Positions 10,263-26,151 are shown, counted from the first letter of the stretch. The stretch is DNA of 64,000 nucleotides from Dendrobates tinctorius (GCF_039654945.1 NW_027361688.1:1550001-1614000); one strand, 5' to 3'. The notes: generated by a model from the letters alone, not told the origin. Made by a program: numbers and translations.

Positions 10263-12760
10263 CTCTAGAGGCTAAGTCCTCGCGCCGTGCGACTGGGCAT
10301 GCCCGCAACTTGTCCTCTCAGTGGAGAGCAGGGGTCACATGTGAAGGTCCTATGTCGGATCTGATTGGTCCTTCCTATAGTACTGGAAGGTCCCGGAAGC
10401 GCATGGCTATAAAAAGCCTGCATGGTGGCTCGGCCATGCGCTAGTGTAGCATATTATGCTGTGTGTGTGTATGGTGATGGATGCATGGACTGGATGCATG
10501 ACTTATTATGAAACCCCTTCCCTCGGATATTACGAATGGTGACAGTATGTTGGGTTAGTCAGCTCCAGATTGTGGCAGGCTACACGCCACTGAGCCTTCC
10601 TCACCTACACTAGCGTCCGTCGGTGCCCGGCTCCTCCGGCATCGTCGCTTAGCGGCTTCAGTTACGGCCGCGCTGCAGTAGTAGCAGCTTTTGGTGTTCG
10701 CGGCTGCGACGCCACACGTCGGCTGACCTGTGCAGCTAACAGGTTCAGCCTTTACGTCTAGTTCATACTTTGGCGTCTCTGTGACTAAACAGAGTCCGCC
10801 CTCAGGCTCTCGGGTGACGTTAACCCCAGCGCTGTATCGCACTTCTAGCGTATCTGCCATTGTCCAGCAGCGGTCTTGTCATCTACCGCATGGTGGACCC
10901 CGGGCGGCGAACGCGCCTTCCATTATTTATATCTGGTGCGTTCCGCCGACCCTAACACATTTATTTCTATACAGCTGAACACTCCGATTCGAGTGCCGGC
11001 GGCAGTCTCGGGTATTGACATGCGAGACTCGTCCGAGTTTCTCGCAAGTCTGACCCTGGCCTAAATCTGTACGCTGCAGCCATGTGTAAATGATTGCACA
11101 GTAAAGTCGGACCTGTTATCCTGGACCCAAGGTCTTCTGTCTTGTTTGTAGCCAAAATCAGTCCCTTGGACGGAGCGGTAACAAGGGCTCCAGAAGTAAA
11201 AGTGAGTAAAGAATGTACTCCACCACACCACAAACTCCACCCAGGCATCCGTTCAGAACAGGGGTTGTGGGGCAACCGGAACTCAGTTCCGGACCACAGG
11301 AAACCCTAACACGTGTACCCCGGCCCTGTTTCAGGCTCCCACACAGAAACCTCACACACATCAGCATTCACACACTCTGACTCTATACTACTGCTGTCCT
11401 CCATATCTTCACTCCATGACAGGCACAGAAATAGTTTTCTACAGTGCCACACTTCCATCAGCTATCGATCTCCCATCCTGTGCACGGAAGAGTTCGACAA
11501 ATCAATAGACAACCCTTAAACATCAACCTGACCAAAAATCTCCGGCATGTGTCCAGCGGTGCAGAGTGCTGTATGAAAACACACACAGGAAGAGTTCACC
11601 ACATTCACGTCAGCCTTCACCTCTGCTAAATAAGATGTCAGAACCTTCATATCTTCTCTACCACATAGCCCCGAACAGTTGTTCAACACTTAATTCTCTC
11701 CTCCTTACACCATTGCTCCTCCAACCTCCATCACTTCTGCAGAAGACTTTCCTGTACATTTGAAAAACAAGATCAACCAAATCATATTAAGCTTTAACCC
11801 CTACCTGACATTTGCAATATATATATATATATATATACACATACACGTCATGGAAGGGTAGGACTTCCTGACCGATGAAGCATATATGTTGTGTCGATCA
11901 CCAGCACACAGGACCTGACACCCGTCTCGCACTGCCAGGGGGGTGTATACGCACCGTTCTGGGCAGTTTAGCCTTCTAAATGCTGCTATTGATGACAGCA
12001 TTTCAAAGAAAGGGAGAAGGCGCTCCCTCTCTCTTCCAATTGACGTCATCGCAAGTGCCAGATTGTTACCATGGTGACCCGAGGTTGACGATAATCAGAG
12101 CACCAGGCTACGGCAAGCCCCTTAGACCATGAGCAGAGCATAGAGCAAAGAGGTTTGCATCACATTTTAATAGAAAACGACTAAAAAATGTTATAACCGA
12201 AAAATGGTACCAATAAAAACATCAACTTGTCCCAAATATGGAAAAATTATAGCACTCAAAATATGGTGATGCAAAATCTTATTTTTGGAAAAAAAAAAAG
12301 AAGCGTCTTTTAGTTTGTGACAGCAGCCAAACATAAAAAACACTATATAAATCTGGTATAGCTGTAATCGCACTGTCTAATAATTTATACCGCACGGGAA
12401 ATAGTGTAAACAAATAAATAAAACCAATTATTCACCTGCTGTTGATTTGTTCATTCTGCCTCTCAGAGATAGCAATGATCGGCTCGGGTTTCCATGTAAA
12501 TCTCTGAAAGACATGATAGTCTTAATTTGACATCGGCAGTAATTACCCTCCTTTGGGATCAGTTTAATCTCCAGCCATAAAAAAAATATTTTTCCTGAAC
12601 TAAAGATTTTGGGAACACGCTGCAAACACACCTTTCCGAGACTTGTATATGTTACCTGATGCTCAGCAAACGTTATGTATTATAGAAGATCACAGGTTGG
12701 TACATGTAAAAGGATTATTACCTACGGATAAGGAGCCAAGTGTCCATTTATTGCATCTTA

Positions 12761-13180
12761 GGCTACTTTCACACTAGCGTCGTGTGACGGACGTCGCACT
12801 GCGTCGTGCCTACGTACCGTCGCACGTTGTGAAAGTTTTTCACAACGGGGGCAGCGGATGCAGTTTTTCAACGCATCCACTGCCTCGTTGTAATGTCCAG
12901 GGAGGAGGGGGCGGAGTTTCGGCCGCGCATGCGCGGTCGAACATGGGGGACACGACGCACAAAACAACGTTACATGTAATGTTTTTGTGTGCGTCGCGGC
13001 CGCCAAAACACGACGCGTCCGTCGCAAGACGGATGCGACGTGTGGCCATACGTCGCAATGCGTCGCTAATGCAAGTCTATGGAGAAAAAACGATTCCTGC
13101 GGGCAACTTTGCAGGATGCGTTTTTTCTCCAAAACGACGCATTGCGACGTACGTCAGCCGACGCTAGTGTGAAAGTAGCC
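12761..13180. mobile_element. Palindromic Harbinger-type MITE
   Basis: TIR ggctactttcacactagcgtcg, TTA TSD. Confidence 0.85.
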
Positions 13181-15019
13181 TTAGAGGGATTATCTTAAGA
13201 AGAAAACAAAAAAGTTCCATAGACTGGATTAGGACACAGCGGAAGGCCCCTCTCTGAAATATATCAGGGATGCACTGAGAAATTGTCTCTGGAGTTGGTG
13301 GACCCTGTCTGTGCCTATATTACAAGTTGGCTTTTCGTTACTATTTGCAGCTTCCACTAAACCGGTTTGTCTTCATAATACGTCTTTTACAAGTGATTGT
13401 ATCCCATCACTTTTTGTTTTAACTTTCTGTGCTGCTTACTAAAAAAAAAAAAAATCTTATTTTGTGGCTGCTGTGATGCTCTCTGATTTGTGTAGCTAAT
13501 TTACTGTAATTATCAGTCTTTTTAATTTATATATCTTTAGATGCATGCCTCACGTTCCCATGTCAAAACACCCCAAAATGCCTTTTATTCTAGAACTGAA
13601 AAATAAAACAAATGCAATATAGAAATAAAAAAGTCTCACGGTACAGCGCTGAGCTCAGTGAATTCAACGCAGTTTAGGGGCCCGACTGGGAATGCATCCT
13701 GTGACCTGCGGTAACCTCGATGACGTCACCGCCAGTCACTGACGCTGAGCTTGCAGCAACTCACTCAGTGGTTTTCAGACTGGACGGTGGCATCTTGGCA
13801 TCATTCAGACTGAAAACTAAGTATCCCAGACATGGATTATGGTGTGGAACAAAACATCAGACAGGTGAAGGATATGGTTGTTTCTTTTTTTTTTTTTTTT
13901 TTTTAACAGGAGACCATGGCTTCAATGGAATGGACGATAGTTGAGTATTTTTGTTGTTTATTATTTTCTATTTTATACAGGAGACCATAGCTACAAAGGA
14001 ATGGGCGTTAGGTGAGTATAACTGTGTTTATTTTTAAATAAAAAGTAAACGTTTTTTTCTTTAATTTAAAATAAAGGACTTTATTCTGGCTGTGTCTTTA
14101 TTTACCATATAACTATAGACTTAGCAATGGACAGGCGTTTCATAGACGCCTCTCCATTATTAAGCTGTGGGCCTGATGTCACTAGACAATACAAAGGTGA
14201 CATCAACCCCACTGTTATGAACCCCCCTTTCCACTGTCACAGGGCAAATGGGAAAAGTTGGGCAAAGCGCCTGAATTGGCGCATCTAATAGCCACCCAAG
14301 GAAAGATGCATCTACCGGCAGCTATATTTAGGCTGGGGGGGGCCAACATCCATGACCCCTTACCAGCCTGAGAATACCAGCACCCAGCTGTCTGCTTTAG
14401 ATTGGATAGTTGCCAAAAATGGTGGGTACCCCATGCCTTATTTTAAAAATTTATTTAAATTAATATATATTTTTAAAAAAAACGTGTGGACCCCTCTATT
14501 CTTGATAACCAGCCTTGCTAAAGCTGACAGCTGAGAGTTGCAGCCCACAGCTGTCTGTTTTGCCAGGCTGAGTATCAAAATTAGAGGGAAACACGCCAAT
14601 TTTATATTTATTTGTAATGCAGACTGATAAATGCTCCCAGCTCCCGCAACCTACTCTTTCAGTTATTAATGGCAGCAGACGTAGGCTGTTGGAAGTAGCA
14701 GACCCATCAGCCGATGCCTGTGACTGTAGGTAAACTTTTTACCTCCAGTAACAGCTGCGGGCTCACGCTATCATTTGACAGTGTGGGAAACGCAGTGCTC
14801 TTACCGATGGTCATGATCTTACAGCCGATCAGTGCTACCGGTGTTTCTCGCATTGTCATGCAGATGACAGCGCGAAAAACACCTGGTGTTCGGGAGAGCC
14901 GAACTCAAACAGTAATAAGGACTTCCTGTGGAAGCACGTGTCCAAACAGTAGATGATTGGTATGGACACTGAACTTTACTGTCTGGGTTCACCCATCTCT
15001 ACTCACTACTTAACCCCAT

Positions 15020-16140
15020 CTCACCTATTCCCTAACCTCACCACAAGTATGGTCCCTAAGCTGTCTCTCCAACCTATGATTAACCTCTGGTCTTCCCTTC
15101 TGCTTTCAAAAATGCAACAATCACATCTATCCTGAAGAAATAATCCCTTGACCCAACCTATACCATCCAGCTACTACCCCATATTGCTACTCCCATTTGC
15201 CTCCAAGTTCCTGGAACATTGAACTTTTCCGCCACCTGTCAAACAACTCACTCTTTGCCAATCTACAATCTGGCTTCTGTCCCCACCACACAGACTGCCC
15301 TAATCAAAATTACAAAGCTATGTCTTCCCAAACCTTTCTCCTCCTGTACCAGTAGGTCACTTGTATTGTTTCATGATTACTTGTTTTTTTATGTTTACTC
15401 CTTTTCACATGTAAAGAGCCATGGAAGAAATGGTCATTATTATTATTATTAGGCAAAGGACAGCTATAAAAGGAGAAGTATAGAGAATTGTCTTTACCAC
15501 TCCCTCCTACTCTTTGTTCTCTTGACATCACAGACCTTGCCATCTCCTGGATTGTTTTTATTACTTTTTCAACTGCACATTTAGCATCTACCATTCCCAT
15601 ACTACCTCTTCATCCTGGCTGTGTCCTTCAAGACTCTGTCCTGGGACCCCCTACTCTTCTTAATTTATACCTTTGGCATGGGACAACTCATAAAGACCCA
15701 CGGCTTCCAGTACCACCTATACGCTTGATGACACTCAGATCTACAGCCCTGGCCCAGACGTCACCTCTTGCTCCAGAATCACACAAAGTCGGTATCAGTC
15801 ATGCCCTCCTCTTCATCAAACATCATACAGCTCAATGTGGAGAAAACCGAACTTTTCTTTCCTTCATCTCAATTAGCCCCCTATCCCATCTATCACTATA
15901 AATGACATCATGCTTTGCTTTGTACCAGAAATCTGCTGCCTCAGAGTAACTCTTGACTCTGTCCTGTCCTTCAAACTCTATATCCAAACCTTGACGACCT
16001 CTAACTTGAACTAACATAAAACGTAAAGGGCCGTCCATAATCTGTTTCCCCCATACATCTCCAAATAATTTCCAGGTACCTTCCCAGACGTAATCTCCGT
16101 TTCTCACAAGAGCGCTTTGTGTCCTCTACCCTCCTACCTT
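15020..16140 (+). mobile_element. Degenerate L2 LINE RT fragments
   Basis: Decayed GVPQGSVLGP (about 15620) and YADDTQIY (about 15720) motifs with frameshifts. Confidence 0.65.
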
Positions 16141-16829
16141 CCTTACCCAATTGCCACCAAAACTTCACCCAGGAATACACCATAATCTGTTTACTGAAAT
16201 GGTTATATACACAGATACAGGATATATATTGTATGTAACCACTTATTCACATGTAAAGCACCCTGGAATTAAGGGTGCTTTAATAATATATATGGATGCT
16301 ATAACACGACACACTATATAGGGGTATAAAGCACTATATGGAGGTGTGCAGTGCTACATGGGGATCATACCGCACTATATGGACAAAGGGTTTACAGCAA
16401 TATACAGATAACATACAGCACTATATAGAAAGTATACAATATATGGATGGAGGGTATACACTGTGTGAAGAATTTTAGGGGGTGCACAGATCTCAGCAGT
16501 GCCTCTAAACTCCTTGTCCTCTTGTGTCTTGCTCAGTGGTGGTCGGGCTCAGCCTCCTCACCTCCACATTGGTCTCCATGACTGAAATATGACAGCAGGG
16601 GAATACAATGGCTTCTTGGTTGCTTCACGTCTGATTCTTCTCACATCCTTGGCAGTTAATCTGTGATTCCCCCCCCCCCCTCACGTTTATTGTACCCTTG
16701 CCAATTCTATTATCGCACCAATATCTTGCTAATCTAAGGAGTGCTGCACCCTCTACAAGACTGCTAACAATTTGTCACTTCATAGAGTCAGTTAAATCTT
16801 TTGGCCATTTTTCCTTTAAAAAAAATTAA

Positions 16830-16980
16830 GAGCCTGATGAAGAGACCTGAGTAGTCTCGAAAGCTGCAATGTGTTACCATCTTTTCAGTTAGCCATTAAA
16901 AGGTATCAACCACTGAGTACTCTCAATTCTGAATATTTTTCTATCTACTGGCTAACATGGTACAAAGATATATATATTTC
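16830..16980 (+). mobile_element. Penelope-type pLTR fragment with hammerhead core
   Basis: CUGAUGA-A-GAGAC(loop)GUCUC-GAAA-GCU followed by gttagccattaaaaggtatc. Confidence 0.6.
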
Positions 16981-17858
16981 CTGTAATAATTCTGTACACT
17001 GATAAAGGGCGGGGCATCCTGAGACCACACCCATTATTACACATCACCTGATCTGCTGGAACAACACGACGTTCTTGAACTGTCCTCCCACCTCTCTTGT
17101 GGCTCCCTCTTTGACCGCTTACAATCTGGCTTCCGGCAGCACTGCTCCATAGAATCATAGAATCGTAGAGTTGGAAGGGACCTCCTGGGCCATCTGGTCC
17201 AACCCCCTGCTCAAAGCAGGATTCGCTAAATCATCCCAGTCAGATGTCTGTCCAGCCTCTGTTTGAAGACTTCCATTGAAGGAGAACTCACCACTTCTCG
17301 TGGCAGCCTGTTCCACTCATTGATCACTCTAACTGTCAAAAAGTTTTTTCTAATATCTAATCTGTGTCTCCTCCCATTCAGTTTCATCCCATTGCTTCTA
17401 GTCTTTCCTTGTGCAAATGAGAATAAAGTTGATCCTTCTACAATGTGACAGCCCTTTAGATATTTGTAGACAGCTATTAAGTCTCCTCTCAGTCTTCTCT
17501 TTTGCAAACTAAACATTCCCAAATCCTGCAACCTTTCCTCATAAGACAGGGTTTGCAGACCGGTCACCATTCTGGTCGCTCTTTTCTGAACTTGCTCCAG
17601 TTTGTTGATGTCTTTTTTAAAATGTGGTGCCCAAAACTGGACACAATATTCCAGATGAGGTCTGACCAAAGAGGAGTAGAGGGAAATAATGACTTCACGT
17701 GATCTAGACTGTATGCTTCTGTTAATACATCCTAGAATTGCATTTGCCTTTTTTGCTGCTGCATCACACTGTTGACTCATATTCAGTCTGTGATCTATTA
17801 GTATACCCAAGTCTTTTTCACATGTGCTGTCACTTAGCCCTATTCCTCCCATTCTATA

Positions 17859-19466
17859 CAGTGGGGAAAAAAAGTATTTAGTCAGTCAGCAATAGTGCAA
17901 GTTCCACCACTTAAAAAGATGAGAGGCGTCTGTAATTTACATCATAGGTAGACCTCAACTATGGGAGACAAACTGAGAAAAAAAAATCCAGAAAATCACA
18001 TTGTCTGTTTTTTTTTTCATTTTATTTGCATATTATGGTGGAAAATAAGTATTTGGTCAGAAACAAGCAATCAAGATTTCTGGCTCTCACAGACCTGTAA
18101 CTTCTTCTTTAAGAGTCTCCTCTTTCCTCCACTCATTACCTGTAGTAATGGCACCTGTTTAAACTTGTTATCAGTATAAAAAGACACCTGTGCACACCCT
18201 CAAACAGTCTGACTCCAAACTCCACTATGGTGAAGACCAAAGAGCTGTCAAAGGACACCAGAAACAAAATTGTAGCCCTGCACCAGGCTGGGAAGACTGA
18301 ATCTGCAATAGCCAACCAGCTTGGAGTGAAGAAATCAACTGTGGGAGCAATAATTAGAAAATGGAAGACATACAAGACCACTGATAATCTCCCTCGATCT
18401 GGTGCTCCACGCAAAATCCCACCCCGTGGGGTCAGAATGATCACAAGAACGGTGAGCAAAAATCCCAGAACCACGCGGGGGGACCTAGTGAATGAACTGC
18501 AGAGAGCTGGGACCAATGTAACAAGGCCTACCATAAGTAACACACTACGCCACCATGGACTCAGATCCTGCAGTGCCAGACATGTCCCACTGCTTAAGCT
18601 TGTACATGTCCGGGCCCGTCTGAAGTTTGCTAGAGAGCATTTGGATGATCCAGAGGAGTTTTGGGAGAATGTCCTATGGTCTGATGAAACCAAACTGGAA
18701 GTGTTTGGTAGAAACACAACTTGTCGTGTTTGGAGGAAAAAGAATACTGAGTTGCATCCATAAAACACCATACCTACTGTAAAGCATGGTGGTGGAAACA
18801 TCATGCTTTGGGGCTGTTTCTCTGCAAAGGGGCCAGGACGACTGATCCGGGTACATGAAAGAATGAATGGGGCCATGTATCGTGAGATTTTGAGTGCAAA
18901 CCTCCTTCCATCAGCAAGGGCATTGAAGATGAAACGTGGCTGGGTCTTTCAACATGACAATGATCCAAAGCACACCGCCAGGGCAACGAAGGAGTGGCTT
19001 CGTAAGAAGCATTTCAAGGTCCTGGAGTGGCCTACCCAGTCTCCAGATCTCAACCCTATAGAAAACCTTTGGAGGGAGTTGAAAGTCCGTGTTGCCAAGC
19101 GAAAAGCCAAAAACATCACTGCTCTAGCGGAGATCTGCATGGAGGAATGGGCCAACATACCAACAACAGTGTGTGGCAACCTTGTGAAGACTTACAGAAA
19201 ACGTTTGACCTCTGTCATTGCCAACAAAGGATATATCACAAAGTATTGAGATGAAATTTTGTTTCTGACCAAATACTTATTTTCCACCATAATATGCAAA
19301 TAAAATGAAAAAAAAAACAGACAATGTGATTTTCTGGATTTTTTTTTCTCAGTTTGTCTCCCATAGTTGAGGTCTACCTATGATGTAAATTACAGACGCC
19401 TCTCATCTTTTTAAGTGGTGGAACTTGCACTATTGCTGACTGACTAAATACTTTTTTTCCCCACTG
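17859..19466 (+). mobile_element. Tc1/mariner DD34E transposon, full length
   Basis: About 200-bp TIRs starting cagtgggg, TA TSD. Confidence 0.95.
18227..19249 (+). pseudogene. Tc1 transposase (340 codons) with one in-frame stop
   Basis: Two same-frame ORFs joined across TAA 18761-18763; [19 protein letters not shown]; D-34-E spacing. Confidence 0.92.
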
Positions 19467-19770
19467 TATATGCTTTTTTCATTTTTATTGCCCAGATGTA
19501 GTACTTTGCATTTCTCCCTGTTAAAAACCATTCTGTTAGTTACTGCCCACTTCTCCAGTTTATTTAAATCTTTTTGAATCCTCTCTCTCTCTTCTCTAGT
19601 ATTAGCTATCCCTCCTAGCTTTGTGTCATCAGCAAATTTAATCAGTTTACCCTCAATTCCTTCATCTAAATCGTTGATAAAGATGTTGAACAATACAGGG
19701 CCCAGGACAGAGCCCTGTGGTACCCCACTTGAGACATTCTTCCAACTGGATGTGCAGCCATTTACGACCT

Positions 19771-21810
19771 CCAGATATGACCTCCCTTCAAAACAGAATC
19801 CCTCAATGTCAGTCCGCTATTTCATTCTTCTTCTCCGCTAGATTTCTAAAACTTAATATAAACAAAGCAGAATTAATAATCTTTCCCCCATCTCACTCGA
19901 CCCCCCCCCCCCCAACGGACCTATCCATTAAAGTAAATGGCTGCCCACTCTCTCCAATCCCACAAGCTCGCTGCCTCGGGGTTATCCTTGACACTGATCT
20001 CTCTTTCACACCACATATCCAAGCTCTTTCCACTACCTGCCGACTTCAACTCAAAAATATTTCACGGATCCGTACATTCCTCAACCAAGGATCTGCAAAA
20101 ACCCTAGTTCATGCCCTCATCATCTCCCGCCTTGACTACTGCAACCTCCTGCTCTGTGGCCTCCCCTCTAACACTCACGCACCCCTCCAATCTATTCTAA
20201 ACTCTGCTGCCCGACTAATCCACCTGTGTTACGGGTTTGCGGACCGCACCAAATTATAAAGATGGAATAAGGTGCGTTCACAGCCCGGGGTCCACCGTGC
20301 AGAGATGGTAAACTGCTGCTTGGTAATGGCGGAGAACTAAGTGAACACCGAGGGGATATCCGCTGACCCGGTGTGCACAGGAGCGAACTCTGTTACCTCA
20401 CAGAGCCACTGAAACAAATGCCGGAGCCTGTTAATACTCACAGGGCTCGGCTGGGTGAGCACCAGCTGACGATCACAGAACTCTGCCTCAGAGACTCGGG
20501 GCTAGAGTCCCTCTAGACCACTAGCACTCAGCGCCACAGCTGTGGTGCCAGCAAGAGAAAAGAAAATATAAATTGCACCAAGTGCGCTCTGCACCGCTCC
20601 GGCGCACGCCACTAACCACCCAGAGCAGGGAGGAAAGCGCTTAACTAGCGCACGGCGCCGCTGTAAGGAGCGCTGCTGCTCGTGCGGTGCAGAGGTGCCT
20701 TGTGCTGGATGGCACTATATGGCGATAACACTCGTGTGGATAGCAGGATGCTCTGTGGCACATATACTATGCCACTACTGGCGCTGACTCACTCTGTAAC
20801 CCCTATACCATACACAACCAAAGGGAGGGGATCATAATGAGTCGGTCACCGTCTCATGCATCCATCTTCACACACACAACTACCCATAAGTCTATACTAG
20901 TGCATGGCCGAGCGGCCATGCAGCTTTTTTTACAGCGGCGTCCTTCAGGGACCTTCCCAGTAGAGGACCAATCCGAGCAGGAACGGGACCTGCGCATGTG
21001 ACCTCCGACCTCCAATGAGAGGTCGTCCCACGGGCATGCTCAGCACCCAAAAGACAGGACTTAGTCCCAGAAGCGTCTGCTTGCTGCTGACTCAAGCATG
21101 GAGTAATAGCAGAGCCAGAAGGAGCATCCAGATTCCTAGCATCAGCCTGCGCAAGATGCCTGGACCGATGTCTCTGCCGAGCATGAATCTCTGCGGCTGC
21201 AGAGGAATGGGAGACTGCAGAGGACATGGCTTGAGATTCCTCCTGTGCAGTGGGGGAAACTCGACGCCTAACACCTGTCCCCTTGCTATTCCCTGGCCTC
21301 TTCCCTCTGTCAATCCCTGCACTGGCTCCCCATTACCCAAAGACTCCAGTTCAAAACCCTAACCATGACATACAAAGCCATCCACAACCTGAGTCCCCCA
21401 TACATCTGTGACCTCGTCTCCTGATACTTACCTGCATGCAACCTCCCATCCACATAAGATAACCTTCTCTACTACCCTCTTATCTCCTCTTCCCACAATC
21501 GCATACAAGATTTCTCCCGCGCATCCCCCCTACTCTGGAACTCTCTACCCCAACATATCAGACTCTTACCTACCATGGAAACCTTTAAAAAAAAACCTGA
21601 ACACCCACCTCTTCTGACAAACCTGTAACCGCCGCACGACCAGCTCTACCCTTGCCTACTGTATCCTCACCCATCCCTTGTAGATTGTGAGCCCTTGTGG
21701 ACAGGGTCCCCTCTCATCCCTGTACTAGTCGTGACTTGTATTGTTTAAGATGACTGTACTTGTATTTATTATGTAAAGTGCCATATTATAAATGCGCTAT
21801 AATAATAATC
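19771..21810 (+). mobile_element. L2 LINE 3' fragment split by a solo LTR
   Basis: LKLNINK.E, ARCLGVILD, ISRLDYCN; resumes at 21274 and ends in an L2-type tail with (taa)n. Confidence 0.8.
20227..21273 (-). mobile_element. Solo LTR of a related Gypsy family
   Basis: TG...CA ends, CCTG duplication; minus strand begins tgttaggcgtcg and contains gctcggccatgcactagta, like the 3476 LTR. Confidence 0.85.
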
Positions 21811-22239
21811 TGCTCATCCTATCAGCATTCAAGTTTACACAGCTTGAAAGTGGAAAAGCTGCAAAGATACGGTCAAAATATCTGGCCTAATTGTATACAG
21901 TATATGGGCAAATACAGCAGAATATGGAAGGTGTATAAGACTATGTGGGTATAAAAAGCTATATGGGGAGTACAGAGCAATATATAGGGAGTATACATAT
22001 GTAGATATATCGCCAGAGTCGGACTGGGACACCGGTAAAATGCCCGGTGGGCCCCAGAGAGGAGGAAGAAAAAAAATTGGGGGGGGCTCTGAGCGAATGG
22101 GGCATGAGGTCTGTGAGTCGGGGGAGCCCGGTGCCAGCGCTGGCACGGGCACCCTTCTAATACTCACCTCTCCTCGACGCCTCATTCTTGGCAGCTGCAG
22201 TGTATTCAGCGCCCTCTGACTCTGCGATGTCTACTGTAT

Positions 22240-22495
22240 GGAGGAGCATGGGGCCTATAATACTGTATGGAGAAGCATTGCATGGGGCCCGTGATGTGCT
22301 GTACCTAGGAGCATTACATGGGCCCGTGTTTTGCTGTACGGAGGAGCTTTACATGGGGGCTGTTATGTGCTGTACAGAGGAGCATTACATGGGGCCAGTG
22401 ATGTGCTGTACAGAGGAGCATTACATGGGGCCCGTGATATACTGCATGGAGGAGCATTATATGCGGCCCATAATACTGTATGGAGGACTATGTGG
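22240..22495. repeat. Degenerate ~40-bp minisatellite
   Basis: Repeated tgctgtacagaggagcattacatggggccc. Confidence 0.7.
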
Positions 22496-22504
22496 TTGGC
22501 CATG

Positions 22505-22725
22505 TCATGAATAAGATTGCTTAGTGCAGTCGAAACGTGTCAACTGGGTCATGTCGACCATGTACATTTTTCCTTCGTATGCACAATTTCTTTTGAAAAA
22601 TAAAAAGAAAAAGGAAAATCCAGTCCTGTTGAGCCGGACTCAAATTTTTTCTATTATCCTTGATGTGAGGCCAGGGCAAGGCCGCTGTCTGAGCTCCAGG
22701 TGGATGAGTATAGAGCAACTGGTTT
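22505..22725 (+). mobile_element. Penelope-like pLTR remnant with degenerate hammerhead
   Basis: UGAAUAA-GAUUGC(loop)GCAGUC-GAAA-CGUG-UC at 22508-22541. Confidence 0.4.
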
Positions 22726-22726
22726 T

Positions 22727-23220
22727 ATGAGCGGTGGAATGCACAAAATAAAATTAAAATAAAGTGCGTTCACCGCTCGGGGTCCACCGTGCGGTAGATG
22801 ACAAAACTGCTGCTGAGAGAGGCAGATCACTTAAGGCGGTAATGTGCACATTTTTTAGCTGCACCTAGTGCACAAAAAGCAAACTCTGTTGCACTCACAG
22901 AGCTGCAAGCATGACCATATGCAGAAGCAGACTGTTTCACCCACAGAGCTGCAAGCATAAATGCATAAACAAAACCGTGAGTCTGTTTTAACCTCACAGA
23001 ACTCAGAGACACAGACGCGGTATACAGTCACAGGAGTCGCCCAGACAGGCGGGACAGGCTCCGTCTAGACCTACCGTTTAGACGTCTGGTACAGTGATGC
23101 TGCAACAGCAAACGCACACTGTGCTGCAAATGCCGCACAGCAAGAATAGAGCTGGTGGCAAGGCGCTGCAAAAAAGGTGAGGAGAATCCCACTCACTCTG
23201 TGAATGGGCAAGGTAGTGGC
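22727..23220 (-). mobile_element. Degenerate Gypsy LTR fragment
   Basis: gcgttcaccgctcggggtccaccgtgcggtagatg is the reverse complement of the U5 end of the 3476 LTR. Confidence 0.6.
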
Positions 23221-23675
23221 CATAGGGGCAGACATGGGGGACCAGGAATGGAACATTATTAAAGTGGAAATAAGGGTCTAGGATGGAGACATTATTACTG
23301 GAAGAGGCCCAGGATAGGGACCTTATTAGGCCACGGTCACACTGGCGAGGAATACGGCCGAGTAAGAGGAGCTAAAAGCACGCATTAGACACGGACCAAT
23401 GATTCTCTATGGGGTCCCTCGCACCAGCCATATATTTCTCATCCGTATTCTACGGTACGTGCCAATCGCAGCATGCTGCGATTTTCAGCGTACTACGCCC
23501 GTAATACGCCAATGCAAGTCTATGGGTGCGCAAAAAATACGGATTACACACGGACCACACATGTGACTTGCGAGAAATACGCACCAGGTGTCTTTTAGCA
23601 AAGCCGGCAATTCAGTGCACTATACAGTAAACTAACACTGACAGGTTTAATAAAGAAAGGATATATACACATAGA

Positions 23676-25397
<1,722 letters not shown>

Positions 25398-26151
25398 TTC
25401 TATGTGTCTATATCTATTCTTTGGTTTCTGTTAGAAACCCTGTCATAGGGCTCCATTATATGTCCATTTTGCAAGCCTGCGAGAAAATCTCGCCATACGG
25501 ATTACATACGGATGCTGACATGCGCAAAATACGCAACCACACCTTGCTTACGGATGACATACGGAGCAATATTTAGGGGTCATTCATCCGTATTACGCCT
25601 GTAAACTACGGACCGTATTTTGTGCAGGTTAGTGACCCCGGCCTTAAAGTGGACATTGGGGTCCAGGATGTGGACATTAAATAAAGGGGCCCAGGATCTG
25701 GCACTTTATTAAATAAAAGGGTGACATAATTACTGTATAGAGGTCAGGATGAGGAACATACATTATTGGTTTATGGTGGCAAGTCCGGACATAATTACTG
25801 TAGGGGGCAATCAGGGGACATCAAATTCAAAGAAGCTTTATTGGCAGGACTAAATACACATTGGCAGGACATTATTACTGCTGTAATTTAATTTACTTTT
25901 GAGGTTACTGTCTTCCATGGGGGAGAACAAAAGGGGGTCCTATAGTGTAGAAGTTGGGGATTGTGCTCAGGAAGCGATCAGCTATAGATAAGTGTTATTT
26001 TCTGCAGAGACGAGTCCTGGCTGGAAGAAGTGATGGCGGTCTACACTGGATGAAGATAAAAGACTTCAACTACAGACTTCACCGGTGAGTCAGTGTGTTA
26101 CTTGTACATTTACACTATATACTGTATACTGTGTACAGATCTCCTGTGTAT

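Larger units (their letters stand above)
3476..10957 (+). mobile_element. Full-length Ty3/Gypsy chromovirus (Tf1/sushi-like) LTR retrotransposon
   Basis: TG...CA LTRs at 3476-4374 and 8531-10957, 5-bp TSD CATTT, polypurine tract before 8531, single gag-pol ORF. Confidence 0.97.
8531..10957 (+). repeat. 3' LTR interrupted by a hAT element
   Basis: Matches the 5' LTR over 8531-8741 and 10263-10957. Confidence 0.95.
3393..11061. mobile_element. Palindromic PIF/Harbinger-type MITE split by the Gypsy insertion (arms 3393-3475 and 10958-11061)
   Basis: Arms are imperfect inverted repeats (ggccggggtcagatttgc... / ...gcaagtctgaccctggcc) with TAA on both sides. Confidence 0.75.
17147..19770 (-). mobile_element. 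5'-truncated CR1 LINE (RT C-terminus and 3' tail), split by a Tc1
   Basis: FNIFINDL..FADDTKL (19430-19693), EKDLG...RPHLEYC (17226-17852), (ATTCTATG)n-type tail at the left end. Confidence 0.9.

Noticed and set aside
8942-10444. 366-500-aa Pro/His/Ser-rich ORFs in three frames
   Set aside because: They are produced by a stop-free minisatellite inside a hAT MITE; no domain content
11790-15000. Further probable non-autonomous DNA-transposon fragments (also about 3030-3390, 48820-49520, 50480-50630)
   Set aside because: Ends and TSDs could not be paired confidently by eye; needs a repeat library
26000-26092. Exon-like segment (ttttctgcag...ccg|gtgagt) and mini-exon-like repeats at about 13900-14020
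   Set aside because: Embedded in repeat-derived DNA; no partner exons or recognisable protein
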